A stretch of DNA of 64,000 nt from Candidatus Fermentithermobacillaceae bacterium (GTDB lineage Bacteria; Bacillota; Sulfobacillia; Fermentithermobacillales; Fermentithermobacillaceae), in NCBI GenBank assembly GCA_018052475.1, contig JAGPNG010000008.1, positions 11,885-75,884 of the forward strand. Direction: 5' to 3'. The notes beneath the pieces are model-generated. The model ran no database searches, had not been told where the DNA came from, and worked only from the letters and a program-made list of their open reading frames with translations. Made by a program: the position numbers and the translations under genes. Below are positions 54,970 to 64,000 of the stretch, piece after piece. Position 1 is the first letter of the stretch, and each line of letters opens with the position of its first letter.

Positions 54970-56133
54970 ATGGACAAAGGCAGGTACAAATGCAAAAACA
55001 TTATTGCATTCGCTGTGATAGCTGCCTTATGCTTGGCTTTTATCCCATACATCAATGTTGCAAAAGCCGGTATTTTGGACGACAAGTATTCAGAACTTGA
55101 GCAGATGCAAAAGGAGATCGAGGAGTATCAAAAACAGATTGAGTCCAAACGGCGTTCGGAGAGTTCCGTGTTGAAGGAACTGGAAAAGTTAGAAATGGAA
55201 CTAACTTTGTCTGAGAAAGAACTTGCATACATGGTAGCTAGAATTGAATACCTCAATGGAAGAATAGACGAAACAAAAAAAGAAATTGAAGCGATGGAAA
55301 ACAAGATAGCTGAGCAAAAGGGCCTTTTCGACGAGAGATTAGTATCCATGTACAAGGCCGGGAGAATGTCCTACCTTGAAATACTGTTAAACTCAGATAG
55401 CATTTCGGATTTCACGGCTAGGTTGTACTACCTTCGCGAGGTTGCCCAGGACGATGTCCGCCTTATCGAGGAATATGAAGCGATGAAAGTTGCGTTGGAT
55501 GAGAAAAAAGCAACGCTTGAGAAAGACCTTAACGATATAACCTGGTCAAAAAAACAAGAGGAGCAGAAAAGAGCGGCCGTCGCATCTCGAAGCACAGATA
55601 GAGAGAGATATCTTGCGCAACTACAGCAAGACAGGCAAAAGCTTGAAGAAGCTCTCGACGAAATGGAACGCGAGTCCAAAGCTTTGGAACAGGTAATCAT
55701 AGATCTTCAGGCACAAGGTCATCAGCGAGAAAAACCTGAGGGCCTATCCATGATACGGCCGGTTTCGGGGGGATGGATAAGCTCCGAATACGGCAACAGG
55801 TGGCATCCTATTTTGGGGAAGTACAAGTGGCATTCCGGCATAGATATTGCCGTAAATAGCGGTACTCCTATAAAGGCTGCGGAAGATGGGACAGTTATCC
55901 TGTCGGGTTCAAATGGCGGGTATGGCCTCTGTGTGATTATTGACCATGGCGGCAGCATTTCAACCCTCTATGGTCATGCCTCTAAACTGTTAGTAAAAGT
56001 TGGAGATGTGGTCACAAGAGGACAAACGATTGCCTTGGCTGGGAGCACCGGAGTGTCTACGGGTCCTCACCTGCACTTTGAGGTACGTGTCAAGGGTGTT
56101 ACGGACAATCCCAAGAACTGGGTATCTTTTTAG
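54970..56133 (+). CDS. Coiled-coil M23 (LytM) peptidoglycan hydrolase, EnvC-like FtsEX partner.
   Basis: Signal/anchor, long coiled coil (EQMQKEIEEYQKQIE...), and a C-terminal M23 domain with HxxxD ... HLHFEV. Confidence 0.8.
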   Translation: MDKGRYKCKNIIAFAVIAALCLAFIPYINVAKAGILDDKYSELEQMQKEIEEYQKQIESKRRSESSVLKELEKLEMELTLSEKELAYMVARIEYLNGRIDETKKEIEAMENKIAEQKGLFDERLVSMYKAGRMSYLEILLNSDSISDFTARLYYLREVAQDDVRLIEEYEAMKVALDEKKATLEKDLNDITWSKKQEEQKRAAVASRSTDRERYLAQLQQDRQKLEEALDEMERESKALEQVIIDLQAQGHQREKPEGLSMIRPVSGGWISSEYGNRWHPILGKYKWHSGIDIAVNSGTPIKAAEDGTVILSGSNGGYGLCVIIDHGGSISTLYGHASKLLVKVGDVVTRGQTIALAGSTGVSTGPHLHFEVRVKGVTDNPKNWVSF

Positions 56134-56336
56134 GTCATATAGGGTATTTCGACACACAAACGTAAGTGCTGCTTATCTAAGTCGGTGTGCTAGCCTTTTG
56201 TAGAGACTTGCATACCAACCGGGATAAGCAGTTTCGTCTTGAATGTGCTAGACTGAGTATGACACTTCATAAACAGATCCGATTTGAATGCGATGCGTTG
56301 ATTCGATTGAATAAAGGAAAGAACGGCGGTGGCTTT

Positions 56337-57461
56337 ATGGAAGCTAAATCTAATCGAAGAACTCTGAGACTGTGCATTATTACAGCCATTGTATCAATTC
56401 TAGTTACGGTTGGATTATGTTCATATTTTGTGGTCAGATATACTCCTATAGCAAAGGTATACGAGGTGCTAAGAGTCCTAGACCAAGCGTATTACAAGGA
56501 ATTTGACAAAACCAGTCTGATGGAGGGCGCTCCTCGCGGAGTGGTGTCAGCTCTCGGCGACCCATACACCACATACATGACTAAGCAAGAGTGGACTGAA
56601 TTTTACATAACCACTAGCGGCGAGTACTCTGGCGTCGGCGTTACTATAGGGGTAAAGGATGGGAAAGTCACTATCGTAGCGCCAATGAAAGGAACACCTG
56701 CCGATAGAGCCGGCATCAAAGCAAACGATGTTATCCTCAGCGTGGACGGCAAAGATATTTCTACCAGCGACGAAGCCGCGTCACTCATAAGAGGTCCTGC
56801 CGGAACTGAAGTGAGCGTTACCATATATCGTGACGGCGAGATCCTCGAGTTTTTGCTCGTGAGAGAAAACATCGTTATTCCTGCTGTAAACTATGAAATG
56901 AAAGACGAGACCATTGGCTACATAGAACTAATAACTTTTAGCGAGAATGCGGCCGTAGAGACTTCTGATGCACTGAAGGAGCTGAAAGCCCAGGGTGCTC
57001 AGGCCATAGTACTCGATCTACGCTATAACGGCGGAGGCCTTTTGGACAAGTGCATAGATATTGCGAATTTGTTTGTTCCCAAGGGAACCGTTGTTACCAT
57101 AAGTGGAAGGAAGTTTGAAAAGACGAGTTTCAATTCATCGGGCAAGGGATTGGGAATGCCCCTTGTTGTCCTGGTGAACGAGGGTACTGCAAGCGCCTCC
57201 GAAATCCTGGCAGGAGCTATACAGGATCATGAGGTAGGTACTTTAGTAGGCAAGACTACATTCGGCAAAGGTTTGGTACAGAATTCATATGAACTAAGAG
57301 ATGGTTCCTATGTCAAAGTTACCATAGCCGAGTATCTCACTCCCAAGGGACGTTCCATTCACGGAATAGGGCTCGAACCGGATGTAATGGTAGAAGGGGA
57401 CGAAGAGCAGCTTGCAAAAGCACTGGAACTTGCGAAGGCCGAGATCGGAAAAACGTTCTAA
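56337..57461 (+). CDS. Carboxyl-terminal processing protease (S41, CtpA/CtpB type) with a PDZ domain.
   Basis: N-terminal TM; PDZ GDVILSVDGKDI; S41 catalytic-region motifs (GTASASEILAG, TFGKGLVQ). The start was set at the ATG at 56337. Confidence 0.8.
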   Translation: MEAKSNRRTLRLCIITAIVSILVTVGLCSYFVVRYTPIAKVYEVLRVLDQAYYKEFDKTSLMEGAPRGVVSALGDPYTTYMTKQEWTEFYITTSGEYSGVGVTIGVKDGKVTIVAPMKGTPADRAGIKANDVILSVDGKDISTSDEAASLIRGPAGTEVSVTIYRDGEILEFLLVRENIVIPAVNYEMKDETIGYIELITFSENAAVETSDALKELKAQGAQAIVLDLRYNGGGLLDKCIDIANLFVPKGTVVTISGRKFEKTSFNSSGKGLGMPLVVLVNEGTASASEILAGAIQDHEVGTLVGKTTFGKGLVQNSYELRDGSYVKVTIAEYLTPKGRSIHGIGLEPDVMVEGDEEQLAKALELAKAEIGKTF

Positions 57462-57490
57462 CTTGTGTTTGGTTCAAATACGAGAGGGGA

Positions 57491-58789
57491 ATGTGTGTGG
57501 GCCCATTGATTGAGCTGGTCGGTTCAGTTATCCGCTCTTACCCGAGCATATTTGGCAATCCTGTGGTAGACGGTCTGTATCTGGTCGTGTTGGTTCTTGT
57601 GACAGTTCAGTATCACAAGATACAGTCGATCGAAGAGAAACTATATGGTACCGCAAAAAACAAGGCGTTTCGTAATACTCTTTACGCCATCGGCCTTGGA
57701 TTAGTGGGAGGATTGTTTGCAAGCCTCCTTTTGGTCATAGTTGGGGTGTCAGTTAGTGACAGCGGGATAGGTTATCTTTTCCCGCTTGCTCTGCTACTTT
57801 TTCTAGTAAGCCCGAGGTTTGTATGTTACTCATACGCCGGTGGTCTTGCAGGTCTTAGCTACCTTTTGTTTGGATGGCCCAAGATAAACGTGCCGTCAGT
57901 GATGGGCCTTGTTGCATGCCTTCATGCTGCAGAAGCCTTTCTTATAAGGATATCGGGGCATTCATGTTCTACTCCTTTTTATGTTTCGAGCAAGGATGGA
58001 AAAGTAGTCGGCGGCTTTGCGCTTCAGCGGTTTTGGCCCATTCCCCTGATCGTTTTATTCCTTATACAAGCGCCTTTTCTTTCGGACATTCAGGATCTGA
58101 TTTATCTTCCGGATTGGTGGCCTTTGATAAAGACACCAGGCGACTTGAGTACCAAACACATGATTTTTGCAATGATGCCTGTAATTGCTGCCCTAGGCTA
58201 TGGCGATATTGCTGTTGCCTCAAATCCCAAAGATAAGTCTATAAGCACGTCGAAGACGTTGATGCTTTTTAGCGTGGTTCTACTGATTCTCTCTATTATG
58301 GCGTCGCGGTGGCCTTTGTTTGCCTGGGTCGCGGCACTATTTTCGCCGATTGGCCATGAACTCGTGATTAAGAAGGGGCTCAAACAAGAGTTTGAAAATC
58401 CTCCGATCTATGTTCCGCCTGAGAGAGGAGCAATGGTCCTCGATGTTGTCCATGGCAGCCCGGCGGAAAAATCGGGGATAAGGACTGGCGATATAATAGT
58501 CATGGTCGACGGTCGCGAAGTTAATTCCAGGCATGACTTTTTACAAAGTGCCGAGTCTTCGGAATCAGAAGGGCTAGTCGTGACTATTGAGAGACAAGGT
58601 CAAGACGGTCAAGTTGAAACGGTTCACACTGACATCCGAATAGTCCATGGCGAACCCATAGGGATAATCTTTGTTCCGGAGCCGGGAGACGAGCCAATGG
58701 TGAGCCAATACAACGAGGGAATCATGGTTACTTTCATCAAGAAAATGCTAGCGAATAAGCAGGCTAGATCTGCTGACACCAACCAGTAA
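57491..58789 (+). CDS. Polytopic membrane protein with a C-terminal PDZ domain; function unknown.
   Basis: Approximately 8 hydrophobic helices, then a PDZ domain (GSPAEKSGIRTGDIIVMVDGREV). No HExxH site-2-protease motif found. Confidence 0.65.
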   Translation: MCVGPLIELVGSVIRSYPSIFGNPVVDGLYLVVLVLVTVQYHKIQSIEEKLYGTAKNKAFRNTLYAIGLGLVGGLFASLLLVIVGVSVSDSGIGYLFPLALLLFLVSPRFVCYSYAGGLAGLSYLLFGWPKINVPSVMGLVACLHAAEAFLIRISGHSCSTPFYVSSKDGKVVGGFALQRFWPIPLIVLFLIQAPFLSDIQDLIYLPDWWPLIKTPGDLSTKHMIFAMMPVIAALGYGDIAVASNPKDKSISTSKTLMLFSVVLLILSIMASRWPLFAWVAALFSPIGHELVIKKGLKQEFENPPIYVPPERGAMVLDVVHGSPAEKSGIRTGDIIVMVDGREVNSRHDFLQSAESSESEGLVVTIERQGQDGQVETVHTDIRIVHGEPIGIIFVPEPGDEPMVSQYNEGIMVTFIKKMLANKQARSADTNQ

Positions 58790-58870
58790 TTGCTGTGGAA
58801 CCTCTGTCTGTCCCATCGAGACTTGCCTACACGCCAAGTCCATTTTCATATTTAGACCTATATAGAACAT

Positions 58871-58899
58871 TTGATTGCCTACCCCTCGCCGGTTATAAT
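58871..58899 (+). promoter_or_regulatory. Sigma-A-type promoter of uvrB with a possible degenerate LexA (Cheo-box-like) half-site.
   Basis: TTGATT (58871-58876), then a 17-nt spacer, then TATAAT (58894-58899). GAACATTTGATT (58866-58877) partly matches GAAC-N4-GTTC. Confidence 0.5.
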
Positions 58900-58913
58900 A
58901 AATGGACGGGGGA

Positions 58914-60944
58914 ATGCAGTTGCCGGATTTCAAATTAGTTTCTGATTTTAGGCCGGAAGGAGACCAGCCTGAAGCCATAGATGCCCTTGTTTACGGTGTG
59001 GAAAAGGGGTATAAACACCAGGTTTTACTGGGTGTTACAGGCTCAGGCAAGACGTTTACTATTGCCAACGTCGTCGCACGGCTCAATCGCCCTACTTTGG
59101 TGGTGTCTCACAACAAGATTTTGGCCGCTCAGCTGGCTTCAGAGTTCAAAGCCTTTTTCCCTGACAACGCGGTCGAGTACTTCGTCAGCTACTATGATTA
59201 CTATCAGCCGGAGGCATACATTCCTCAGACAGACACCTATATCGAGAAGGATGCCATGATTAACGATGAGATCGACAAACTGAGACACTCAGCTACCTGC
59301 GCCTTGTTTGAACGCAGAGATGTCCTTACGGTGGCTAGTGTGTCCTGCATATATGGTTTGGGATCACCTGAAGACTATAGAGACCTTGTGCTTTCACTGC
59401 GAAAAGGAATGCAGAAAGAAAGGGAAGAGATCTTACGTAGGCTGGTAGATATACAGTACACCCGAAACGACATTGATTTTCAGCGGGGCACCTTCAGGGT
59501 GCGTGGTGATACCATAGAGATCTATCCCGCAGGATCTACTGATACAGCTGTAAGAGTGGAACTCTTTGGGGACGAGGTCGAAAGGATCCTGCAGTTTGAC
59601 GTACTTACAGGGCGAGCCACTTCCGAGATGAATCACGTCATGATTTATCCCGCCAAACACTATGTAGTAAAAGATGATAAAATGGCAATCGCCATAAAGA
59701 CTATAGAGGAAGAGCTGGAGATAAGGCTGAGAGAATTGAGAGACCAAGGCAAAATCCTCGAAGCTTACAGGCTTGAGCAAAGGACCAGATTTGACTTGGA
59801 GATGCTCCAGGAGATGGGATATTGCCCGGGTATCGAGAATTATTCTAGGCACCTTACTCAAAGGCTACCGGGGCAGCCACCTTATACGCTGCTAGATTTC
59901 TTCCCGGAAGATTTCTTAGTTGTAATAGATGAATCTCACGTGACAATACCACAACTTCGGGCGATGTATGAGGGAGATCGTTCTCGAAAAGAGTCTTTGG
60001 TGAAATTCGGGTTCAGGCTTCCTTCGGCTTTCGACAATAGGCCGCTTACCTTCGACGAGTTTATGTCCAAAGTGGGCCAGGTGATTTACGTATCTGCTAC
60101 GCCGGGGCCTTTTGAAATGGAGGTTGCTTCTCAGGTAGTAGAACAGGTTGTACGCCCGACAGGGCTCATCGATCCGGAGATAGAGATTAGACCCACTGCG
60201 AATCAAATAGATGATCTAGTCTCCGAGATCCGGGAAGCGTGTTCTAGAAATGAGAGGGTCTTGGTTACCACCCTTACCAAGCGAATGGCCGAAGACCTTA
60301 CTGAATATCTCAGGGAGTTAGGTATAAAAGTGACTTACATGCACTCTGACGTAAAGACTTTGGAGCGCATGGAGATAATTCGAGATTTGAGACTCGGCGT
60401 TTTTGACGTTTTAGTAGGCATAAACCTTCTGAGAGAAGGACTTGACTTACCTGAAGTTTCACGCGTCTGCATACTTGACGCTGATCGAGAAGGGTTTTTG
60501 AGATCCGAAACTTCATTGATACAAACCACCGGTAGAGCAGCTCGAAACGTAAACGGAAAAGTTATAATGTATGCAGATACTATAACGGGATCTATGGAGA
60601 GAGCCATCCGCGAAACCGAAAGACGCAGATTGAAACAAAAAGCGTATAACGAGAAACACGGAATCGTTCCCAAGACCATAGAAAAGAAGATCCACGACGT
60701 AATCGCACACGAAAGACCTCTGGAAGAAGAGAAAGTGGATTCTCTCCTAAGACAGAAGAATCTGAGAGATATTCCAAAGAAACAAGTCCCGGAGGTTATT
60801 GAGAGTCTAATGAAAGAGATGAAAGAAGCATCTGCAAATCTTGAGTTCGAGAGGGCGGCGATTATAAGAGATATGCTGTTTGAACTCGAACAATACGGAG
60901 GAGAAATCCCATCGTTGAGAGGTAAACGCAATGTCCCACGATAA
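58914..60944 (+). CDS. uvrB: Excinuclease ABC subunit B.
   Basis: [18 protein letters not shown]-terminus, Walker [10 protein letters not shown], helicase motifs and a C-terminal UVR domain. The start could be the ATG at 58902 or 58914, or the TTG at 58920. Confidence 0.95.
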   Translation: MQLPDFKLVSDFRPEGDQPEAIDALVYGVEKGYKHQVLLGVTGSGKTFTIANVVARLNRPTLVVSHNKILAAQLASEFKAFFPDNAVEYFVSYYDYYQPEAYIPQTDTYIEKDAMINDEIDKLRHSATCALFERRDVLTVASVSCIYGLGSPEDYRDLVLSLRKGMQKEREEILRRLVDIQYTRNDIDFQRGTFRVRGDTIEIYPAGSTDTAVRVELFGDEVERILQFDVLTGRATSEMNHVMIYPAKHYVVKDDKMAIAIKTIEEELEIRLRELRDQGKILEAYRLEQRTRFDLEMLQEMGYCPGIENYSRHLTQRLPGQPPYTLLDFFPEDFLVVIDESHVTIPQLRAMYEGDRSRKESLVKFGFRLPSAFDNRPLTFDEFMSKVGQVIYVSATPGPFEMEVASQVVEQVVRPTGLIDPEIEIRPTANQIDDLVSEIREACSRNERVLVTTLTKRMAEDLTEYLRELGIKVTYMHSDVKTLERMEIIRDLRLGVFDVLVGINLLREGLDLPEVSRVCILDADREGFLRSETSLIQTTGRAARNVNGKVIMYADTITGSMERAIRETERRRLKQKAYNEKHGIVPKTIEKKIHDVIAHERPLEEEKVDSLLRQKNLRDIPKKQVPEVIESLMKEMKEASANLEFERAAIIRDMLFELEQYGGEIPSLRGKRNVPR

Positions 60945-63909
60945 GATAGTCATAAGGGGTGCGCGTCAGCACAACCTAAAGAACATAAATCTGGAAATAC
61001 CCAGAGACACCCTGACAGTCATAACTGGGTTGTCGGGTTCAGGGAAAAGTTCATTGGCTTTTGATACCATCTACGCCGAAGGTCAGAGGCGATATGTTGA
61101 ATCACTATCTTCTTATGCCAGGCAGTTTTTGGGCCTTATGGATAAGCCGGACGTAGACTACATCGAAGGACTATCGCCGGCAATCTCTATTGACCAGAAA
61201 TCGGGAGTCAGGAACCCCCGGTCGACTGTGGGGACCGTGACTGAAATATACGACTACCTCAGACTTCTTTATGCGCGCGTGGGTCATCCCCACTGTCCGA
61301 AATGCGGAAAGCCTATCTCTAGGCAAAGCGTAGATCAGATGGCAGACAAAATCCTTGAGCTGCCCGAAGGTACCAGGTTCTCGGTGTTAGCTCCTTTGGT
61401 GCGGGGCAGAAAAGGAGAGTATGAAAAGGTTTTCGACGATATTCAAAGGTTGGGATTTGTGAGAGTCAGGGTCGACGGGGTCACAGGGGAAGTTTCGGAG
61501 TTTTTGGGAAAGCGACTGGCGAAGCACAAAAAGCACAACATAGAGGTGGTCGTCGACAGGCTGATAATCCGAGAGGGCACGAGACAGAGACTGGTGGATT
61601 CGCTCGAGACCGCCCTTTCCTTATCAGGTGATCTAGTATGTATTGAGATTGTTCTCGATGGTGACAAAGAAGATATCCTTTTCAGCCAGTCTTTGGCTTG
61701 TCCTGACTGCGGCATATCCATACCGGAACTGGAGCCAAGGTTGTTTTCATTCAATAGTCCGTTTGGGGCGTGTCCTGCGTGCAATGGATTAGGAGTCAAC
61801 ATGGAAATCGATCCTGAAATGATCATCCCTGATAGGCGAAAATCGATTTCAGATGGTGCGATAGCACCGTGGAATGGAACCCCCGATGGATATTATGCTC
61901 AGCTTTTGGACGCAGTAGCTGGATTTTTAGGGATATCTACTGATGTGGCAATTCAGGATCTTCCGCCTGAACACGTTGAGGCGATTTTATATGGGATTTC
62001 AGACCGAAAAGTGCCTTTTCACTATGAGAGCCCCTACGGTAGGGAATCGGATCGTTTGATTACTTTTGAAGGGGTTATTCCTAACCTCGAGAGACGTTAC
62101 AAACAGGCTACCAGTGACGATGTGAGACAGTGGATAGAGCAGTTTATGGCTGCAGTGCCTTGTCCTGTATGTGACGGCAAGCGACTTAGGCCTGAAGCGC
62201 TTGCTGTAACTGTAGGCGATATCAACATAGCGGACCTTACCGGTATGTCATGTGAAAATGCATTGAAATTCCTAGATGCTTTGACGCTTACCGAAAGAGA
62301 GTCTCTAATTGCAAGCCAAATCTTGAGGCAGCTTCGTTCGAGGCTCACGTTCTTAACTGATGTAGGATTAGGATACATAACTTTGAACCGTCATGCAGGT
62401 ACTTTATCAGGCGGTGAATCTCAAAGGATACGGTTGGCAACGCAGATTGGTTCGGGTTTGGTAGGAGTGTTATATGTACTAGATGAACCGAGTGTTGGCC
62501 TACATGCTCGTGACAATGAGAAACTGTTGGATACGTTGAAGCACCTTCGGGATATTGGCAATACGGTAATCGTAGTAGAACACGATGAAGAGACAATACG
62601 CTCAGCAGACTATGTTGTTGATATCGGGCCCGGCGCCGGTGAAAATGGCGGCTACGTTATATGCGCCGGATCGGTAGAGGATCTCCTTAAATGCGAAGAA
62701 TCAATAACTGGCCAATATCTGTCGGGGAAAAGGCAAATCCCTGTACCGAAAAAGCGAAGGAAACCAGAGAAGTTTATCACGGTAAAAGGTGCCCGAGAGC
62801 ATAACCTAAAGAACATCGATGTAAGAATACCTCTCGGAGTATTTACTTGTATAACAGGGGTTTCAGGTTCGGGCAAAAGTACTTTGGTAGACGATATCCT
62901 CTATAGAAAGCTCGCGTCGTCGCTGCATGGAGCGAGGCTTCGACCAGGCGATCACGATGGGATTGAGGGAATGGAGTTTCTCGATAAAGTCATAAACATA
63001 GACCAATCGCCTATAGGTCGGACTCCGAGGTCCAATCCTGCCACATATACGGGAGTGTTCACTGACATAAGGCAGCTTTTCGCAGGGACTCCTGAGGCCA
63101 AGATGAGGGGGTACAAACCGGGGCGATTCAGTTTCAACGTAAGAGGAGGCAGGTGCGAGGCTTGCAGAGGTGAAGGTATTATCAGGATAGAAATGCAGTT
63201 CCTGTCCGACGTATACGTACCGTGTGAAGTATGCAACGGCAAGCGATACAATAGCCAGACATTAGAAGTTAAGTACCGCGGAAAGAACATTGCAGAAGTC
63301 TTGGATATGACCGTTGAGGAAGCCTTAGAACTTTTCAAAAACGTGCCTTCGGTGAAACGAAAGTTGAAGACACTCTATGATGTGGGCCTGGGGTATATAA
63401 AGTTGGGACAACCTGCTACTACACTATCCGGAGGAGAAGCTCAAAGAGTAAAACTGTCTACCGAGCTTTCGAGAAGAGGCAATGAGCGAACTCTTTACAT
63501 TCTAGACGAGCCGACCACCGGACTTCATTTTGAGGACATACGCAAATTGTTAAACGTGCTTCAGCGTCTAAGAGATGGCGGTAGCACAGTAGTGGTCATT
63601 GAGCACAATATGGACGTCATAAAATCTGCAGACTATGTCATCGATCTGGGTCCCGAAGGGGGCGAAGAAGGCGGTTACGTCGTTGCAGAAGGCACCCCTG
63701 AGGATATTATGAACCATCCGTCTTCTTATACAGGTCAATCATTGAGAAATGTTCTCTTAGCGCCCCGGAGTAAAAGGAAGGAACCGTCATCCAAACAGAC
63801 TAGGTCAGAGGATAACACAGGTTCAAGAAGACTGAAAAAGGCGTCAGGTCAGAACAAGGCCGCTGTTGAGGAAGTCACGCTTGTCGGGGTTGATGATCGT
63901 GAGAGTTAG
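60931..63909 (+). CDS. uvrA: Excinuclease ABC subunit A.
   Basis: Two ABC ATPase modules ([10 protein letters not shown] and [10 protein letters not shown]), LSGGE signatures and Zn-finger Cys clusters; 992 aa with a roughly 45-aa basic C-terminal extension. Confidence 0.95.
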   Translation: MSHDKIVIRGARQHNLKNINLEIPRDTLTVITGLSGSGKSSLAFDTIYAEGQRRYVESLSSYARQFLGLMDKPDVDYIEGLSPAISIDQKSGVRNPRSTVGTVTEIYDYLRLLYARVGHPHCPKCGKPISRQSVDQMADKILELPEGTRFSVLAPLVRGRKGEYEKVFDDIQRLGFVRVRVDGVTGEVSEFLGKRLAKHKKHNIEVVVDRLIIREGTRQRLVDSLETALSLSGDLVCIEIVLDGDKEDILFSQSLACPDCGISIPELEPRLFSFNSPFGACPACNGLGVNMEIDPEMIIPDRRKSISDGAIAPWNGTPDGYYAQLLDAVAGFLGISTDVAIQDLPPEHVEAILYGISDRKVPFHYESPYGRESDRLITFEGVIPNLERRYKQATSDDVRQWIEQFMAAVPCPVCDGKRLRPEALAVTVGDINIADLTGMSCENALKFLDALTLTERESLIASQILRQLRSRLTFLTDVGLGYITLNRHAGTLSGGESQRIRLATQIGSGLVGVLYVLDEPSVGLHARDNEKLLDTLKHLRDIGNTVIVVEHDEETIRSADYVVDIGPGAGENGGYVICAGSVEDLLKCEESITGQYLSGKRQIPVPKKRRKPEKFITVKGAREHNLKNIDVRIPLGVFTCITGVSGSGKSTLVDDILYRKLASSLHGARLRPGDHDGIEGMEFLDKVINIDQSPIGRTPRSNPATYTGVFTDIRQLFAGTPEAKMRGYKPGRFSFNVRGGRCEACRGEGIIRIEMQFLSDVYVPCEVCNGKRYNSQTLEVKYRGKNIAEVLDMTVEEALELFKNVPSVKRKLKTLYDVGLGYIKLGQPATTLSGGEAQRVKLSTELSRRGNERTLYILDEPTTGLHFEDIRKLLNVLQRLRDGGSTVVVIEHNMDVIKSADYVIDLGPEGGEEGGYVVAEGTPEDIMNHPSSYTGQSLRNVLLAPRSKRKEPSSKQTRSEDNTGSRRLKKASGQNKAAVEEVTLVGVDDRES

Positions 63910-64000
63910 CCCGCAGGAACATATATGGGCAGGTATTAGGGGTAATCGTGGAGTTTTAGCAGAAAAGATAAAAGAACTGTCTACTTCTCCGGGGGTATAC

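Noticed and set aside
1-64000. Search for CRISPR repeats, IS elements or transposases, integrases, and tRNA or rRNA genes.
   Set aside because: No regularly spaced direct repeats, no transposase or integrase-like ORFs and no tRNA- or rRNA-like sequences were seen. The window appears to be core chromosome.

Overview
This 64-kb window is chromosomal DNA from a Bacillota (Firmicutes)-type bacterium. It is densely coding and almost entirely on the + strand; only three real genes are on the - strand (paralog B, cspA, csaB). Gene order closely parallels the Bacillus subtilis ywlC-ywlE-rpiB-ywlG ... mbl-flhO-flhP ... comFC-yvyF-flgM-yvyG-flgK-flgL-fliW-csrA ... fliD-fliS-fliT-yvyD(hpf)-secA-prfB ... 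ftsE-ftsX-ctpB ... uvrB-uvrA region. There are several informative deviations from that order.

The 5' end holds a proline/hydroxyproline-type catabolic module: the C-terminus of a glycyl-radical enzyme, a GntR regulator, a proline-racemase-family enzyme, and a three-component FAD / 2Fe-2S D-proline- or D-hydroxyproline-dehydrogenase-like oxidoreductase. This is followed by two paralogous ~555-aa uncharacterised proteins that convergently flank an M24 Xaa-Pro peptidase.

The middle of the window carries a TsaC(Sua5)-YwlE-like phosphatase fusion, rpiB, ywlG, dCMP deaminase, tagO and mnaA. A complete nine-gene V/A-type ATPase operon sits where B. subtilis has the F-type atp operon. Then come murA, mbl, the flhO/flhP rod genes, fabZ, metK and the late flagellar and competence genes.

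Between hpf and secA, which are adjacent in B. subtilis, there is a four-gene insertion. It encodes a CofC/MobA-like nucleotidyltransferase-domain protein, an unknown protein, a membrane HD-GYP phosphodiesterase and a small polytopic membrane protein.

prfB carries the classic programmed +1 frameshift site (CUU UGA C). The 3' part of the window holds csaB, tagA, a split transketolase, ftsEX with an M23 EnvC-like hydrolase, a CtpA-type protease, a PDZ membrane protein and uvrBA.

No rRNA, tRNA, CRISPR array, transposase or integrase was recognised by eye. All functional calls rest on motif and family recognition from the translated ORFs and on synteny; no database search was run.
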